DNA of 64,000 nt from Dehalococcoidia bacterium (lineage in GTDB: Bacteria > Chloroflexota > Dehalococcoidia > Lucifugimonadales > UBA1123). Under the pieces are notes generated by a model, which saw only the letters and a program-made list of their open reading frames with translations, was not told the DNA's origin and made no database searches. Each line of letters starts with the position of its first letter. Within the stretch, counting starts at the first letter, position 1. Shown here piece after piece: positions 47,141 through 57,118 of this stretch. A program made the position numbers and the translations under genes. The stretch is taken from the NCBI GenBank assembly GCA_965249365.1, contig OZ252229.1:2117893-2181892 (forward strand), given 5' to 3'.

Positions 47141-49471
47141 ATGTCGAAGACTTTTGGGATCCGTTCGGTAGTCGTCCCAGCAGTAGCAGCCATGTTGCTA
47201 GTCGGCGCCGCCTGCGGGGGTACGGAGACGATCGAGGTTCCCGGTGAGACCGTGGTGGTCGAGAAAGAGGTCATAAGGACCGTCGAAGTGCCGGGCAAGA
47301 CTGTCGTCCAAGAGGTGGTTAAGGAGGTACAGGTGCCCGGCGAGACCGTCGTGGTGGAAAGAGAGGTAGTCAAAGAGGTACAGGTGCCCGGCGAGACTGT
47401 GGTGGTGGAGAAAGTGGTGAGGGAGACGGTACAGGTGCCCGGCGAGACTGTGGTGGTGGAGAAGGAAGTCGTCAAGACAGTAGAGGTGCCCGGCGAGACC
47501 GTGGTGGTGGAAAAAGAGGTCGTTCAGACCGTTGAGATCGTCAAGGAAGTCCCGGTAGAAAAGCTTGTCACGGTTGTGAAGGAAGTCACGGTCGAGGTCA
47601 TAAAGGAGCCTGAACAGCCTCCAGTGGCCGCGATGGGACCACCGATCTACCAGATGGGGATATTCGAGGAGCCGATCACACGGAACTTCTGGAACTACTA
47701 CGGTGGGCCGGGCGGATCGGTCTGGACCCAGTACGTGCTCGACGGGCATGCCGGCTCAATGTACGGCTACTCCGACAAGCGCTTCGACTGGATCCCCTCT
47801 CTGGCGTCCGACTTCCCAACTCCGTTGACCAGGGAAAACGTGGGCGGCACCGAGTTCTGGACCGCTGAGGTCCCCTTGCTGAAGGGTGTCATGTGGAGCG
47901 ACGGCGAGGAGTTTGACTCTGGCGACGTGGTGTTCACTGTACAGACCGCGCTCGATCTTCAACTCGGATCGAACTGGGCCGCCGTCGTTGACTCGGCGTT
48001 CCTGGATCGCGTCGAAGCCCTGGACAGCCACCGAATCAAGGTCTTCTTCAAGTCCACAGACGCCGAGGGTAATCCTCAGACGCCGGGACTCAGCGTCTGG
48101 CAGTTCGGCCTTGGGTTCATGCCCATACTGGCCGAGCACTACTGGGCGTCGGTTATCGAAGAGGTGAAGAGCGCCGGCGAAATCGAGCAGCAGCACGCGG
48201 CGCTGTTCGCGTACGTCCCGGATGGGGAGCCGACCATCGGCGGCTACGTCTTCAAGAAGTGGGAGCCCGGAGCGTTCTATGAGAAGGACACCGACCCCAA
48301 TTTCTTCTTTACCGGCACTGTAATCACTGAGTACGAGAGCGGCGCGTACGCCGAATCCAATGAGCGTACAGGTCACTCAGCAATGTACTACGGCGAGGCG
48401 AGCGGCGCCAAAACGCTGGAGTACGAAGTCGGCCCGCACGTCGAGTCGGCAATCTTCAGCATCTACGGAAATCAGGACGCCGCCATCCTGGCGCTGACAA
48501 CCGGCGACATCGACTACGTGTTCAATCCGCTCGGTCTGGAGAAGGGATTCCTGGATCGGGTGAAGAGCACCCCGGACTTGCAGGTCGCTGGTAACCCAAA
48601 CAACGGGGTCAGATACCTGGGATTCAACGTTCGCAAGGCGCCAATGAACATCAAGGAGTTCCGGCAGGCCATCGCGACGGTTATCGACAAGGAGTTCGTG
48701 ACCAGCACGATCCTTCAGGACGCCGCAATCCCGGTCTATGCGATGGTGCCCGAGGGCAACGGTTTCTGGCACAACTCGGACGTCCCGAAGTTCGGCCAGG
48801 GGATGAGCAGAGGTGAGAGGATCGCTGCCGCCGTCGAGCTGCTCAAGAGCACGGGCTTCACGTACGAGGAGGAGCCGCAGATCAGTGACGATGGCAACTT
48901 CGTATCGGTCCCCGGCAAGGGCCTCAAGATGCCCGACGGCACGCCCGTTCCCGAGATGGAGATGCTGGCCCCAAGCGCGGGTTACGACCCGATGAGGTCG
49001 ACGTTCGCCATCTGGGTCGAGCGCTGGATGAACGATATCGGGATACCCGTCCGTGCGAAGCTTACCGGGTTCAACGTCATCGTCGGGGAGCTGTTCAGCG
49101 AGACGGTCGCCGAGGACCTCGACATGTGGATCCTGGGTTGGGGACTGTCTATCTTCCCTGACTACTTGGAGAATTTCTTCAACACCCGGCACTCCCCGGA
49201 GATCGGCGCCGGCTACAACTGGGGCGGCTACTCGAATTCCGACTTCGACGAACTGTCCACTGGCCTGCTATCTGAAACGACCATCGAAGGCGCGCGCGAC
49301 AAGATCTACAAGCTGCAAGAGTTCCTTGCGGAGGAGCTTCCATACGTGACGCTCTTCACTACTCCCAAGCTGGACGCATACCGACCGTCCAGGATCGAGT
49401 TCCCGTACACCGCCGTCCTCGGCGGACTCGAGCAGCAGGGCGGCATGCAGCAGGAGGCGGTAATCAAGTAG
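47141..49471 (+). CDS. ABC transporter substrate-binding protein, family 5, with N-terminal tandem-repeat linker
   Basis: 776 aa with a signal peptide and Cys (GAAC). Six VPGETVVVEKEVVK-type repeats are followed by an SBP_bac_5-like body. It heads an operon with 2 permeases and 2 ATPases. Confidence 0.85.
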   Translation: MSKTFGIRSVVVPAVAAMLLVGAACGGTETIEVPGETVVVEKEVIRTVEVPGKTVVQEVVKEVQVPGETVVVEREVVKEVQVPGETVVVEKVVRETVQVPGETVVVEKEVVKTVEVPGETVVVEKEVVQTVEIVKEVPVEKLVTVVKEVTVEVIKEPEQPPVAAMGPPIYQMGIFEEPITRNFWNYYGGPGGSVWTQYVLDGHAGSMYGYSDKRFDWIPSLASDFPTPLTRENVGGTEFWTAEVPLLKGVMWSDGEEFDSGDVVFTVQTALDLQLGSNWAAVVDSAFLDRVEALDSHRIKVFFKSTDAEGNPQTPGLSVWQFGLGFMPILAEHYWASVIEEVKSAGEIEQQHAALFAYVPDGEPTIGGYVFKKWEPGAFYEKDTDPNFFFTGTVITEYESGAYAESNERTGHSAMYYGEASGAKTLEYEVGPHVESAIFSIYGNQDAAILALTTGDIDYVFNPLGLEKGFLDRVKSTPDLQVAGNPNNGVRYLGFNVRKAPMNIKEFRQAIATVIDKEFVTSTILQDAAIPVYAMVPEGNGFWHNSDVPKFGQGMSRGERIAAAVELLKSTGFTYEEEPQISDDGNFVSVPGKGLKMPDGTPVPEMEMLAPSAGYDPMRSTFAIWVERWMNDIGIPVRAKLTGFNVIVGELFSETVAEDLDMWILGWGLSIFPDYLENFFNTRHSPEIGAGYNWGGYSNSDFDELSTGLLSETTIEGARDKIYKLQEFLAEELPYVTLFTTPKLDAYRPSRIEFPYTAVLGGLEQQGGMQQEAVIK
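47234..47533 (+). repeat. In-frame tandem repeat, 6 units of 51 nt (one of 45 nt), encoding (E/Q)VPGETVVVEKEVVK.V
   Basis: Unit boundaries read directly at 47234, 47285, 47330, 47381, 47432 and 47483. Confidence 0.85.
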
Positions 49472-49590
49472 GCTGACGCCTATTGCCGAATGCTCAGTGA
49501 AACCGTAGAGGGGGGGTCGTTGCGATCCCTCCTCTTTGATACCGAACGCCATCCCATCAGTCTCAGGCGGCAGGTGCCGTAGCCCTTCCG

Positions 49591-50739
49591 ATGGCCAGAT
49601 ACCTCCTCAGCAGAACGATCCAGATACTGGTAACCCTTTTCCTGTTTCTGTCGATTGTGTTCATCATCGTGAACGCCCAACCGGGCGACGTCAGCAATTT
49701 TTACGCCCTGAATCCTGACGTCCCTCCCGAGACCCGCGAGAGGCTCCAGCGGCTCTTCGGAGTCGACGAGCCGCTCTGGAAACAGTACACGGTCCACATC
49801 AGAAACACCTTCACCGGAAACTTCGGAGTCTCGTTCAGTCACTATCCCCGGTCAGTCGCGGACATAGTCCTCGAGCGCTTGCCGAGGACGCTGGTCCTGT
49901 TCCTGACGGCGGCTGTTGTCTCCTTCTACCTGGGTTTCCTCCTTGGCAAGATCATCGCCTGGAAGCGGGGCGGCTGGACGGAGTACACCTCGACGATCGG
50001 CGGGGTCACGCTATACACGGTGTTCACTCCCTGGTTCGGTCTGATGATGATCTGGCTGTTCGCGTTCAAGGCCGGGTGGTTCCCGCTAGGAAAATTCCTC
50101 GAGCCCGCCTTGTGGCGCGATGCTCCTACCGACGCCAACACGATCTTCAACCGGATGATGGTCACAGCAATCGTGGTCTCTGTCGTGGTGTTCGTCTCAT
50201 TCCTGGTTACCGCTCGGCTCCGGCACAGGGCCACCGGAGCCGTTAGAGTCGGCTCTTTCGTGTTGGCCACCGCGGTAGTTGTTGGTCTTTGGGACACGAG
50301 CGGTTTGGGCTATCTCGCTCTGGACATCCTCAAGCACATGGTCCTTCCTGTTCTTACACTGACGCTGATCAGCTTCGCAGGTACGATGCTTCTCACCCGG
50401 AACAGCATGCTCGAGACGATGCGGGAAGACTTCGTGATGGCCGCCCGGGCCAAGGGCCTGCCTGAGAGGGACATCCGCGACAAGCATGTCGCCCGAAACG
50501 CGCTGCTTCCGGTGGTAACCAGCTTCGTGTTCAGCCTCGCGTTCGCTATCGACGGATCCGTCATCATCGAGCAGGTCTTCTCCTGGCCGGGAATGGGACA
50601 GACGCTCGTGTCTGCGGCCCTCACGGAAGACCTCCCGTTGGCGGTCGGCGCCTTCGTGTTCGTCGGGATCTTCGTCCTGGTCGCACACCTCGCCGCGGAC
50701 GTTCTGTATGTATATCTGGACCCGAGGATCAGGTACTGA
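49591..50739 (+). CDS. ABC transporter permease (DppB/OppB-type)
   Basis: 382 aa. It has the N-terminal RY...R..Q.., multiple TM helices, and the EAA-loop-like MAARAKGLPERDIRDKHVARNAL. Confidence 0.9.
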   Translation: MARYLLSRTIQILVTLFLFLSIVFIIVNAQPGDVSNFYALNPDVPPETRERLQRLFGVDEPLWKQYTVHIRNTFTGNFGVSFSHYPRSVADIVLERLPRTLVLFLTAAVVSFYLGFLLGKIIAWKRGGWTEYTSTIGGVTLYTVFTPWFGLMMIWLFAFKAGWFPLGKFLEPALWRDAPTDANTIFNRMMVTAIVVSVVVFVSFLVTARLRHRATGAVRVGSFVLATAVVVGLWDTSGLGYLALDILKHMVLPVLTLTLISFAGTMLLTRNSMLETMREDFVMAARAKGLPERDIRDKHVARNALLPVVTSFVFSLAFAIDGSVIIEQVFSWPGMGQTLVSAALTEDLPLAVGAFVFVGIFVLVAHLAADVLYVYLDPRIRY

Positions 50740-51689
50740 TGGCGGGCGAACAGGTTTCCCAGTCCGTACCACCGTCACTCTGGCGCGTCCGTCTCAGTCT
50801 CGCGACACGCTCGGTGCGGGAGAACTGGGCACTGTTCATGGGGACGCGCATCGGGCTCATTGGCCTGGTGATCATCGTGTTCTATGCGGTGCTCGCCGGT
50901 GCCCACCCGGTTCTTATGAACACCGTGTGGGAGGAGCGCGTCTACGATCCGGTGATCGGCTATGCGTTCGACCAGACGAAGCAGCCGGCTCCTCCGAGCT
51001 TCAGGCACCTGCTTGGGACCGACCCTCTGGGGCGCGACATACTTAGCCAGCTCATGTACAGCGCGAGATCGGAGTTCCTGCTCGGACTCGTAGCCGCCGT
51101 CGTGACAGTTACCATAGGGACGATGGTCGGGGCTGTTTCAGCCTACTTCGGAGGAGTCGTGGACACCGTCCTGATGCGCCTCGCCGACATCATGATCATG
51201 ATGCCCGGTATCAGTGTCCTGGTCGTGCTCAGCGCCCTAATCGGGGTAGAGCACCTCGAGCTAGCGCTGATCATCGGCTTGCTTTCCGGTTTTGGGGGTG
51301 TGGGGGTCGTTCTAAAGTCACAGGCGCTGTCGATCGTGGTCAAGCCCTACATCGAGGCGGCGCGGAATGCGGGTGGCGGGCCGGTCCACATCATCTTCGT
51401 TCACATCGTTCCCAACCTCATGCCGCTTGCGTTCCTCTACATGATGTTTACCGTAACCGGGGCGATATTCTCGGAGGCAATCCTCAGCTTTTTGGGGCTG
51501 CTGGACGTACGTATGAGCTGGGGACTGATGATTCATACGACCGAGTCGTCCGGCTACCTGCTCCAGGTGTCGGGATTCTGGTGGCTGATATTCCCTGCCA
51601 GCCTCTCGATCACGCTGCTCTGCTCGTCCTTCTATCTCGTCGGTCGCTCGTTCGACGAGGTCATCAATCCGCGGTTGAGGCGGCTATGA
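50739..51689 (+). CDS. ABC transporter permease (DppC/OppC-type)
   Basis: 316 aa. Contains LGTD.LGRD and YIEAARNAGGGP. It overlaps the previous stop (TGATG). Confidence 0.9.
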   Translation: MAGEQVSQSVPPSLWRVRLSLATRSVRENWALFMGTRIGLIGLVIIVFYAVLAGAHPVLMNTVWEERVYDPVIGYAFDQTKQPAPPSFRHLLGTDPLGRDILSQLMYSARSEFLLGLVAAVVTVTIGTMVGAVSAYFGGVVDTVLMRLADIMIMMPGISVLVVLSALIGVEHLELALIIGLLSGFGGVGVVLKSQALSIVVKPYIEAARNAGGGPVHIIFVHIVPNLMPLAFLYMMFTVTGAIFSEAILSFLGLLDVRMSWGLMIHTTESSGYLLQVSGFWWLIFPASLSITLLCSSFYLVGRSFDEVINPRLRRL

Positions 51690-52681
51690 TCGGCGCCCCG
51701 TTGCTTGAGGTCAAAGACCTCACGATGCACTATGCAACGACGGCAGGGCCGGTGCGCGCCGTCGACGGCGTGTCGTTCTCTGTAAATCGAGGTCAGGCGC
51801 TGGGACTGGTCGGAGAGTCCGGCTGCGGCAAGTCGTCGATTGCGATAACTCTCCTCAAACTGCTGCCCGACAACGCCAGCATCCTCGGCGGTCAGATCCT
51901 GGTCGACGGGACTGACATCGTTCCGATTTCCGAAGAAGGAATGAGACAGTACCGCTGGGACCGCATCTCCATGGTCTTTCAGGCTGCGATGAACTCCCTT
52001 GATCCCGTCTATCGCGTTGGCGATCAGATTGTCGAGGCGCTGGAAGCACATTCCAGGATTGCTCCGACCGAGTCGATCGAACGCGTCCGAGAGCTGTTCG
52101 ACCTGGTCGGTCTCAACCCCGGCTTCATTCTGAGATATCCTCACGAGTACAGCGGAGGGATGAAGCAGCGCGCCATCATCGCCATGGCCCTCGCCTGCGA
52201 GCCCGACATCGTCGTCGCGGACGAACCCACCACTGCCCTCGACGTCATCGTTCAGGACCGGATTCTGCGGGAGATGCAGAGTATCCGCGAGTCGCTCAAC
52301 ATGAGCATGATCTACATCTCTCACGACATGGCGGTGATCGCTGAGGTCAGCGACGTCGTCGGGGTCATGTACGCTGGCAAGATCGTCGAGTTTGGGCCAA
52401 CTGAAGAAGTGTTCAAGAGCCCGATTCATCCGTACACCCATGCGCTGATGTCGGCGTTCCCCAGCGTGACCGGCGAAAAGCACGACCTGGCGACGCTTCC
52501 TGGCGAACCGCCCAACTTGCTCGACCCCCCGACCGGTTGTCGATTCCACCCGCGTTGTCCGTACGCGACGGCAGAATGCATGTCCGAAGAACCGCCGATC
52601 GTCCGCGTCGGCGAGCATTGGGCGGCCTGTTGGAACCCCGTCTCTGGCGAATCGCCTCCCAATGGTCAAGGCGGAGGGTAG
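51686..52681 (+). CDS. ABC transporter ATP-binding protein (DppD-type)
   Basis: Contains GESGCGKSS, YSGGMKQR, VVADEPTTALD and CRFHPRC. The ATG overlaps the upstream stop (ATGA). Confidence 0.9.
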   Translation: MIGAPLLEVKDLTMHYATTAGPVRAVDGVSFSVNRGQALGLVGESGCGKSSIAITLLKLLPDNASILGGQILVDGTDIVPISEEGMRQYRWDRISMVFQAAMNSLDPVYRVGDQIVEALEAHSRIAPTESIERVRELFDLVGLNPGFILRYPHEYSGGMKQRAIIAMALACEPDIVVADEPTTALDVIVQDRILREMQSIRESLNMSMIYISHDMAVIAEVSDVVGVMYAGKIVEFGPTEEVFKSPIHPYTHALMSAFPSVTGEKHDLATLPGEPPNLLDPPTGCRFHPRCPYATAECMSEEPPIVRVGEHWAACWNPVSGESPPNGQGGG

Positions 52682-52685
52682 GGAG

Positions 52686-53708
52686 ATGGTCCATACCGAT
52701 AGTCAGGAGGCAGCCACCGCTAGTCGCCCCCTCATTGATGTCTCCGGCGTCACGAAGCTGTTCCCCGTGTCGGCGAGCTTCCTCCAGCGGACGCGCAGCT
52801 TTGTCCACGCAGTCGACGACGTGTCGTTCGAGCTGGGGCGTGGAGAGAGCTTCGGCCTAGTAGGGGAATCAGGGTGCGGAAAGACTACGACTGGCAAGAT
52901 GCTCGTTCGGCTCGTGGACCCGACCGAAGGGACAATTATCTACGACGACGGGGAGACCGATCCGACCGACATTGCGTCGCTCAAGGCGAGATCGCTGAAG
53001 GCGTTCAGGCGCAGAGCGCAGATGATATTCCAGGACCCCTACGAGTCCATGAATCCACGCAGGACGATATTCGACACGATCGCCGAGCCCCTGAAGGTCC
53101 AGCGAATCGGCGGGCCGCTCGAACGCATCGAAAAGGTCACCGAGATGCTCGAGCACGTGGGCTTGACGCCTCCGAGGACGTTCCTGTTCAGGTTCCCACA
53201 TGAGCTGTCCGGAGGGCAGAGGCAGCGCGTTGCGATCGCGAGGGCGCTGGTCGTGGAGCCGTCATTCGTCGTCGCCGACGAGCCGACCTCAATGCTCGAC
53301 GTCTCGATCCGGACGGGAATCATGCACCTGATGGAAGACCTCGCGGGCCGTCTCGGGGTCAGCTACCTGTATATCACGCACGACCTGGCGGTCGCGAGGT
53401 ACATGTGTACGCGGATAGCAGTGATGTACCTGGGAAAGATCGTCGAGATGGGCGACACGGAGGACATTCTACACTCCCCGAAACACCCCTATACGAAGGC
53501 GCTCCTGTCCGCAGTCCCGATCCCGGACCCGAGCATCACCCGTGGCGAGGTGCAGATCAAAGGGGGCGTTTCGATGCCGGTCGACCCCCCGGCGCGCTGC
53601 CGGTTCTACGATCGCTGCCCGGTCGCCGACGACTTCTGCCGCGACAACGACCATCCCCCGCTCGAAGACAAGGGTGGCGGCCAACTGGCCGCCTGCTACA
53701 AGGCCTAA
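52686..53708 (+). CDS. ABC transporter ATP-binding protein (DppF-type)
   Basis: Contains GESGCGKTT, LSGGQRQR, VVADEPTSMLD and CRFYDRC. I prefer the ATG at 52686, which follows a GGAGGG Shine-Dalgarno; the track start at 52662 is possible. Confidence 0.9.
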   Translation: MVHTDSQEAATASRPLIDVSGVTKLFPVSASFLQRTRSFVHAVDDVSFELGRGESFGLVGESGCGKTTTGKMLVRLVDPTEGTIIYDDGETDPTDIASLKARSLKAFRRRAQMIFQDPYESMNPRRTIFDTIAEPLKVQRIGGPLERIEKVTEMLEHVGLTPPRTFLFRFPHELSGGQRQRVAIARALVVEPSFVVADEPTSMLDVSIRTGIMHLMEDLAGRLGVSYLYITHDLAVARYMCTRIAVMYLGKIVEMGDTEDILHSPKHPYTKALLSAVPIPDPSITRGEVQIKGGVSMPVDPPARCRFYDRCPVADDFCRDNDHPPLEDKGGGQLAACYKA

Positions 53709-53802
53709 CGTCGCCCGTCCCGATTCCGGCTGGTCCAGCCGTAGGGCCGATCCTACGAGGGTGTCTCACTAGTGCTTGAATCCCCGAATGCTCGCCCTTC
53801 GA

Positions 53803-53834
53803 TCCGCCCCTCCACGGCGGGCAGGCGCGGCGGA
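53803..53834. repeat. REP-like 32-mer identical to 261-292
   Basis: The exact match was read directly. It lies between the convergent ABC operon and the Ldh_2 gene. Confidence 0.7.
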
Positions 53835-53921
53835 GGCGAACGGTTTCAAAGCTAAGATTCGTTCGTGGTGAGCTCGTCGAACCACGGTTTGGCGACCAAG
53901 GTCGACCTATGAGACAGGCTC

Positions 53922-54977
53922 CTACGCGTTGCGGAAGAGCGCCTCCTCCACCCCAAACTCGTCCGCCAGCTTCCGCAGACCCTCCCACGTAGCGTCCTCC
54001 ACGTAAACCCCATCCCGCAGTAGTTGCAGTGTCCTCAGGTGCTCCAGTTCCCCCGGGTAGAACACCTCGTCGAATCCCGCAGCAGGCTCTGAGCTCTTGA
54101 GGTACTGAGCGAACTCGGTCACCTCAGCCTTGAACTCCTCTTCGTCACGGAATGCGGAAACGTTGAACGCAGCCATGAAACAGCCGTCGTTGTGGCGACC
54201 GGACGGATCGTGCCCGAAACCGAGGCCGGTCAGGATTCCTGACAGTATCTCGACCATCACCGAGAGGCCGTATCCCTTGTGTCCCTCAGGGCCTCCAAGC
54301 GGCAGCACCGCGCCGCCATTCCGAAGATCGTTCGGGTCGGTCGTGGGATTGCCGTCCTTGTCGATAATCCATCCTTCTGGGACCGCGGACCCTCGCGCCA
54401 CCGCAACGCCCAGCTTGCCCGCCGCAACCGCGCTCGTCGCCATGTCGATGAACATCGTCCCTTCGAGGTTTGAGGGCATCGCGATACAGATCGGGTTCGT
54501 TCCAAGCCGGGGTTCCCGGCCTCCAAACGGCACGACCGCCTTTGACGACCTTCCGGAGTCGGCGGTCATGATCCCGATCAGTCCGGCTTCTGCGGCCATG
54601 ATCGGGTAGTCGGCTACCCGCCCGACGTGGCTCTGCCGAAACACCGTCGCGGCAGCCACGTTGCTGGCCTTGGCCTTCTCGATCGTCGTTCTCATCAGGC
54701 ACTCGGACACCACGTACCCAAAACCCCAGTGTCCGTCCACGACGGTGGTCGTCGGCGTGTCCCTCAACACCTCGAACTCGGCGCCTGGGACGATGTGCCC
54801 CCGTTTCACCCTGTCGATGTAGGTGGGAATCTGGATGATTCCGTGAGAGTCGTGACCTGCGAGATTCGCCCCGATCGAGTGGTGGGCGATGATCTCCGCC
54901 TCCTCCTCACTCGCTCCGGACCCGACAAGGAGCCTGGCCGCGATCTCTGTAAGGCGGTCAGCGTCTACGGTGGGCAT
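53922..54977 (-). CDS. Ldh_2 family (malate/L-lactate/ureidoglycolate dehydrogenase type 2) oxidoreductase
   Basis: 351 aa. Contains DSHGI, and the GG.KGYGL pattern appears as GPEGHKGYGLSVMVE. Confidence 0.8.
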   Translation of the reverse strand: MPTVDADRLTEIAARLLVGSGASEEEAEIIAHHSIGANLAGHDSHGIIQIPTYIDRVKRGHIVPGAEFEVLRDTPTTTVVDGHWGFGYVVSECLMRTTIEKAKASNVAAATVFRQSHVGRVADYPIMAAEAGLIGIMTADSGRSSKAVVPFGGREPRLGTNPICIAMPSNLEGTMFIDMATSAVAAGKLGVAVARGSAVPEGWIIDKDGNPTTDPNDLRNGGAVLPLGGPEGHKGYGLSVMVEILSGILTGLGFGHDPSGRHNDGCFMAAFNVSAFRDEEEFKAEVTEFAQYLKSSEPAAGFDEVFYPGELEHLRTLQLLRDGVYVEDATWEGLRKLADEFGVEEALFRNA

Positions 54978-55003
54978 GGTTTAGTCCTCCGATGGTAGAA
55001 CCG

Positions 55004-55984
55004 CTAGCTTGGCACCGGCGCCTCAGCGGGAATGAGTCCCTCCGCCTTGAGCTCGTCCCACATGTCGGCGGGAGTCTCGAAACCGGCCATCTCGACGTTC
55101 TCCTCCACCTCAGCCGGTGTCCTTGGACCGGGGATCGTGGCGGCGACAGCCGGGTGCGCGAGGCCGAACTGCAGCGCCGCCGCCTTGAGCGGCACACCGT
55201 GTCTGTCGCAGACGGCCTTGATCTGCTTCGCGGTCTCCAGCACCTCCGGCGGCGTTCGCTGGTAGAAATACGTCGTGTCGGGACCGAGGTCCGAAGCCAG
55301 CACGCCGCTGTTGTATGGCCCGCCCAGGATGATGCTGATCTGTTTCTCCTCGCACATCGGGAGAAGCTCCAGAAGTCCCGAGTGGTCGAGGAGCGTGTAC
55401 CGTCCTGCTAACAGGAAGCAGTCGAAGTCGCCCTCGCGAGCGAATCTGGCGGGCATCTCCCACTGGTTCATCCCCGCGCCAATCGCGCCGACCACTCCCT
55501 GCGATCTGAGCTCGGCGAGGGTAGGGTAGGCTTCGGTGACCGCCTGCTCCCAGTGGTCGTCGGGATCGTGGATCAACGCGATGTCCAGCCTGCCGAGACC
55601 CAGCCGCTCCAGGCTCTCCTCGACAGACCTAAGAACGCCATCCCTGCTGAAGTCGAACACCACGTCGAACGGAGGACTCTGGCTGAAGACATCTTCAGGT
55701 GAGTCGGTTCGGTCGAGAACACGCCCGACCTTGGACGACAGAGTATAGCTGTCCCGGTCGATCTCTCCGAGCGCTGCGCCGTAGAATCTCTCGCTCCTCC
55801 CTGTGCCGTAAAAAGGCGCGTTGTCGAAGAATCGGATCCCTAGGTCGTACGCGTGCTTCGTTGTCGCGATCGCATTCCGCCGACCGCTCTCGCCGGACAT
55901 GCTTCCGAGCGGCGCGCCGCCCATCCCGAGCCGTGTGACACAGAGGTCTGTCGTTCCGACCTGTACGAGTTCAAGCGGGTCCAT
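55004..55984 (-). CDS. Aldo/keto reductase
   Basis: 326 aa. Contains FDNAPFYG.G.SE, LD...IHDPD and G..GA. The length is typical of AKR11/13-like enzymes. Confidence 0.85.
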   Translation of the reverse strand: MDPLELVQVGTTDLCVTRLGMGGAPLGSMSGESGRRNAIATTKHAYDLGIRFFDNAPFYGTGRSERFYGAALGEIDRDSYTLSSKVGRVLDRTDSPEDVFSQSPPFDVVFDFSRDGVLRSVEESLERLGLGRLDIALIHDPDDHWEQAVTEAYPTLAELRSQGVVGAIGAGMNQWEMPARFAREGDFDCFLLAGRYTLLDHSGLLELLPMCEEKQISIILGGPYNSGVLASDLGPDTTYFYQRTPPEVLETAKQIKAVCDRHGVPLKAAALQFGLAHPAVAATIPGPRTPAEVEENVEMAGFETPADMWDELKAEGLIPAEAPVPS

Positions 55985-56060
55985 CGACTTTGCCTCCCGG
56001 GTGATGAAAGGCCGCCGGGCAATCGCACCGGCGGCCTTGTGTTCTCTACTGTCGCAAAAC

Positions 56061-56990
56061 CTACTGTCTCGGAGGCTGCGGAGGAGCCGGGTTGACCATG
56101 TCCATTCCGAGCGTGCCCGGGAACATCACCGCGATCTCCTCTACCGTCCAGCGCCCGCTCTTCTGCAGCGTACGCGCCGGCTCTGGGTTATTCATCAGCG
56201 AGATCTCGCCGCCGGTAACGTGGAAGATGTAGCCGTTGACGTCCTTCGCCTCGTCCGACGCAAGCCAGGTCACAAACGGAGCAATATCTTCCGGCTCACG
56301 CCGAAGCTCGAGCGTCCTCGGAGCTGCGGCTCCCTGGATCCCAGACGCGGCGCGGATCTGCCGAGCGGTGTCCGGAACAGTGGCCGTCATGCGCGAGTTC
56401 GCCCCTGGCGAGATGCCGTTGACGCGGGCGCCGTAGCGGCCCATGTCCCGCGCAACCGCGCGTGTGAATCCCGCGATTCCGTCCTTGGCCGCGCCATAGT
56501 TCGCCTGACCGGAGTTGCCGTAAAGTCCAGACGTTGAGGAGAAGGTAATGATGCAGCCGCTCCGCTGCTGCCTGAACAGGATGCAGGCAAACTTGGACAC
56601 CGTGAACGTGCCCTTGAGATGGACGTCGATCACCGCGTCCCACTCGTCCTCGGTCATGTTGAACAGCATGCGGTCCCGAAGGATTCCCGCGGGCGTAACC
56701 ACGATGTCGAGCTTGCCGAATTTGTCCAGTGCGGTCTTCACGATGTTTTCGCCGCCCTCCATGCTGGCGACGGAGTCGTAGTTCGCGACGGCCTCGCCTC
56801 CGGCGGCTTTGATCTCCGCGACTACCTCGTCAGCCGGCGCCAGCGACTGTCCGCTGCCGTCAACCGCGCCGCCGAGATCGTTCACAACGACCTTCGCGCC
56901 CTCAGAGGCGAACATCTTTGCGATGCCCGCGCCGATACCGCGCCCGGAACCGGTGACGATAGCAACTTTGTCTTTGAGCAGGTCTCCCAT
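56061..56990 (-). CDS. SDR oxidoreductase resembling the dehydrogenase domain of multifunctional enzyme type 2 ((3R)-hydroxyacyl-CoA dehydrogenase-like)
   Basis: 309 aa. Contains VTGSGRGIG, VVVNDLGG...DG.G, ANYDSV, AGILRD, and G.SGQANYGAAK. Confidence 0.75.
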   Translation of the reverse strand: MGDLLKDKVAIVTGSGRGIGAGIAKMFASEGAKVVVNDLGGAVDGSGQSLAPADEVVAEIKAAGGEAVANYDSVASMEGGENIVKTALDKFGKLDIVVTPAGILRDRMLFNMTEDEWDAVIDVHLKGTFTVSKFACILFRQQRSGCIITFSSTSGLYGNSGQANYGAAKDGIAGFTRAVARDMGRYGARVNGISPGANSRMTATVPDTARQIRAASGIQGAAAPRTLELRREPEDIAPFVTWLASDEAKDVNGYIFHVTGGEISLMNNPEPARTLQKSGRWTVEEIAVMFPGTLGMDMVNPAPPQPPRQ

Positions 56991-57029
56991 ATTGAGGTCT
57001 CCCGTCGAACTATGGCGTTGTTGGGTCAG

Positions 57030-57085
57030 TGTTGTCCTCTCTCCCTTGACGGGAGAGGGTTAGGGTGAGGGTGATTCCTCTCCCT
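57030..57085. repeat. REP-like hairpin element (ctctccc-ttgac-gggagag followed by ggttagggtgagggtga)
   Basis: The inverted repeat was read directly between the two SDR paralogs. Confidence 0.5.
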
Positions 57086-57118
57086 GGTGTCTCGGTCACA
57101 TCACTCTTGGTTCGCGTC

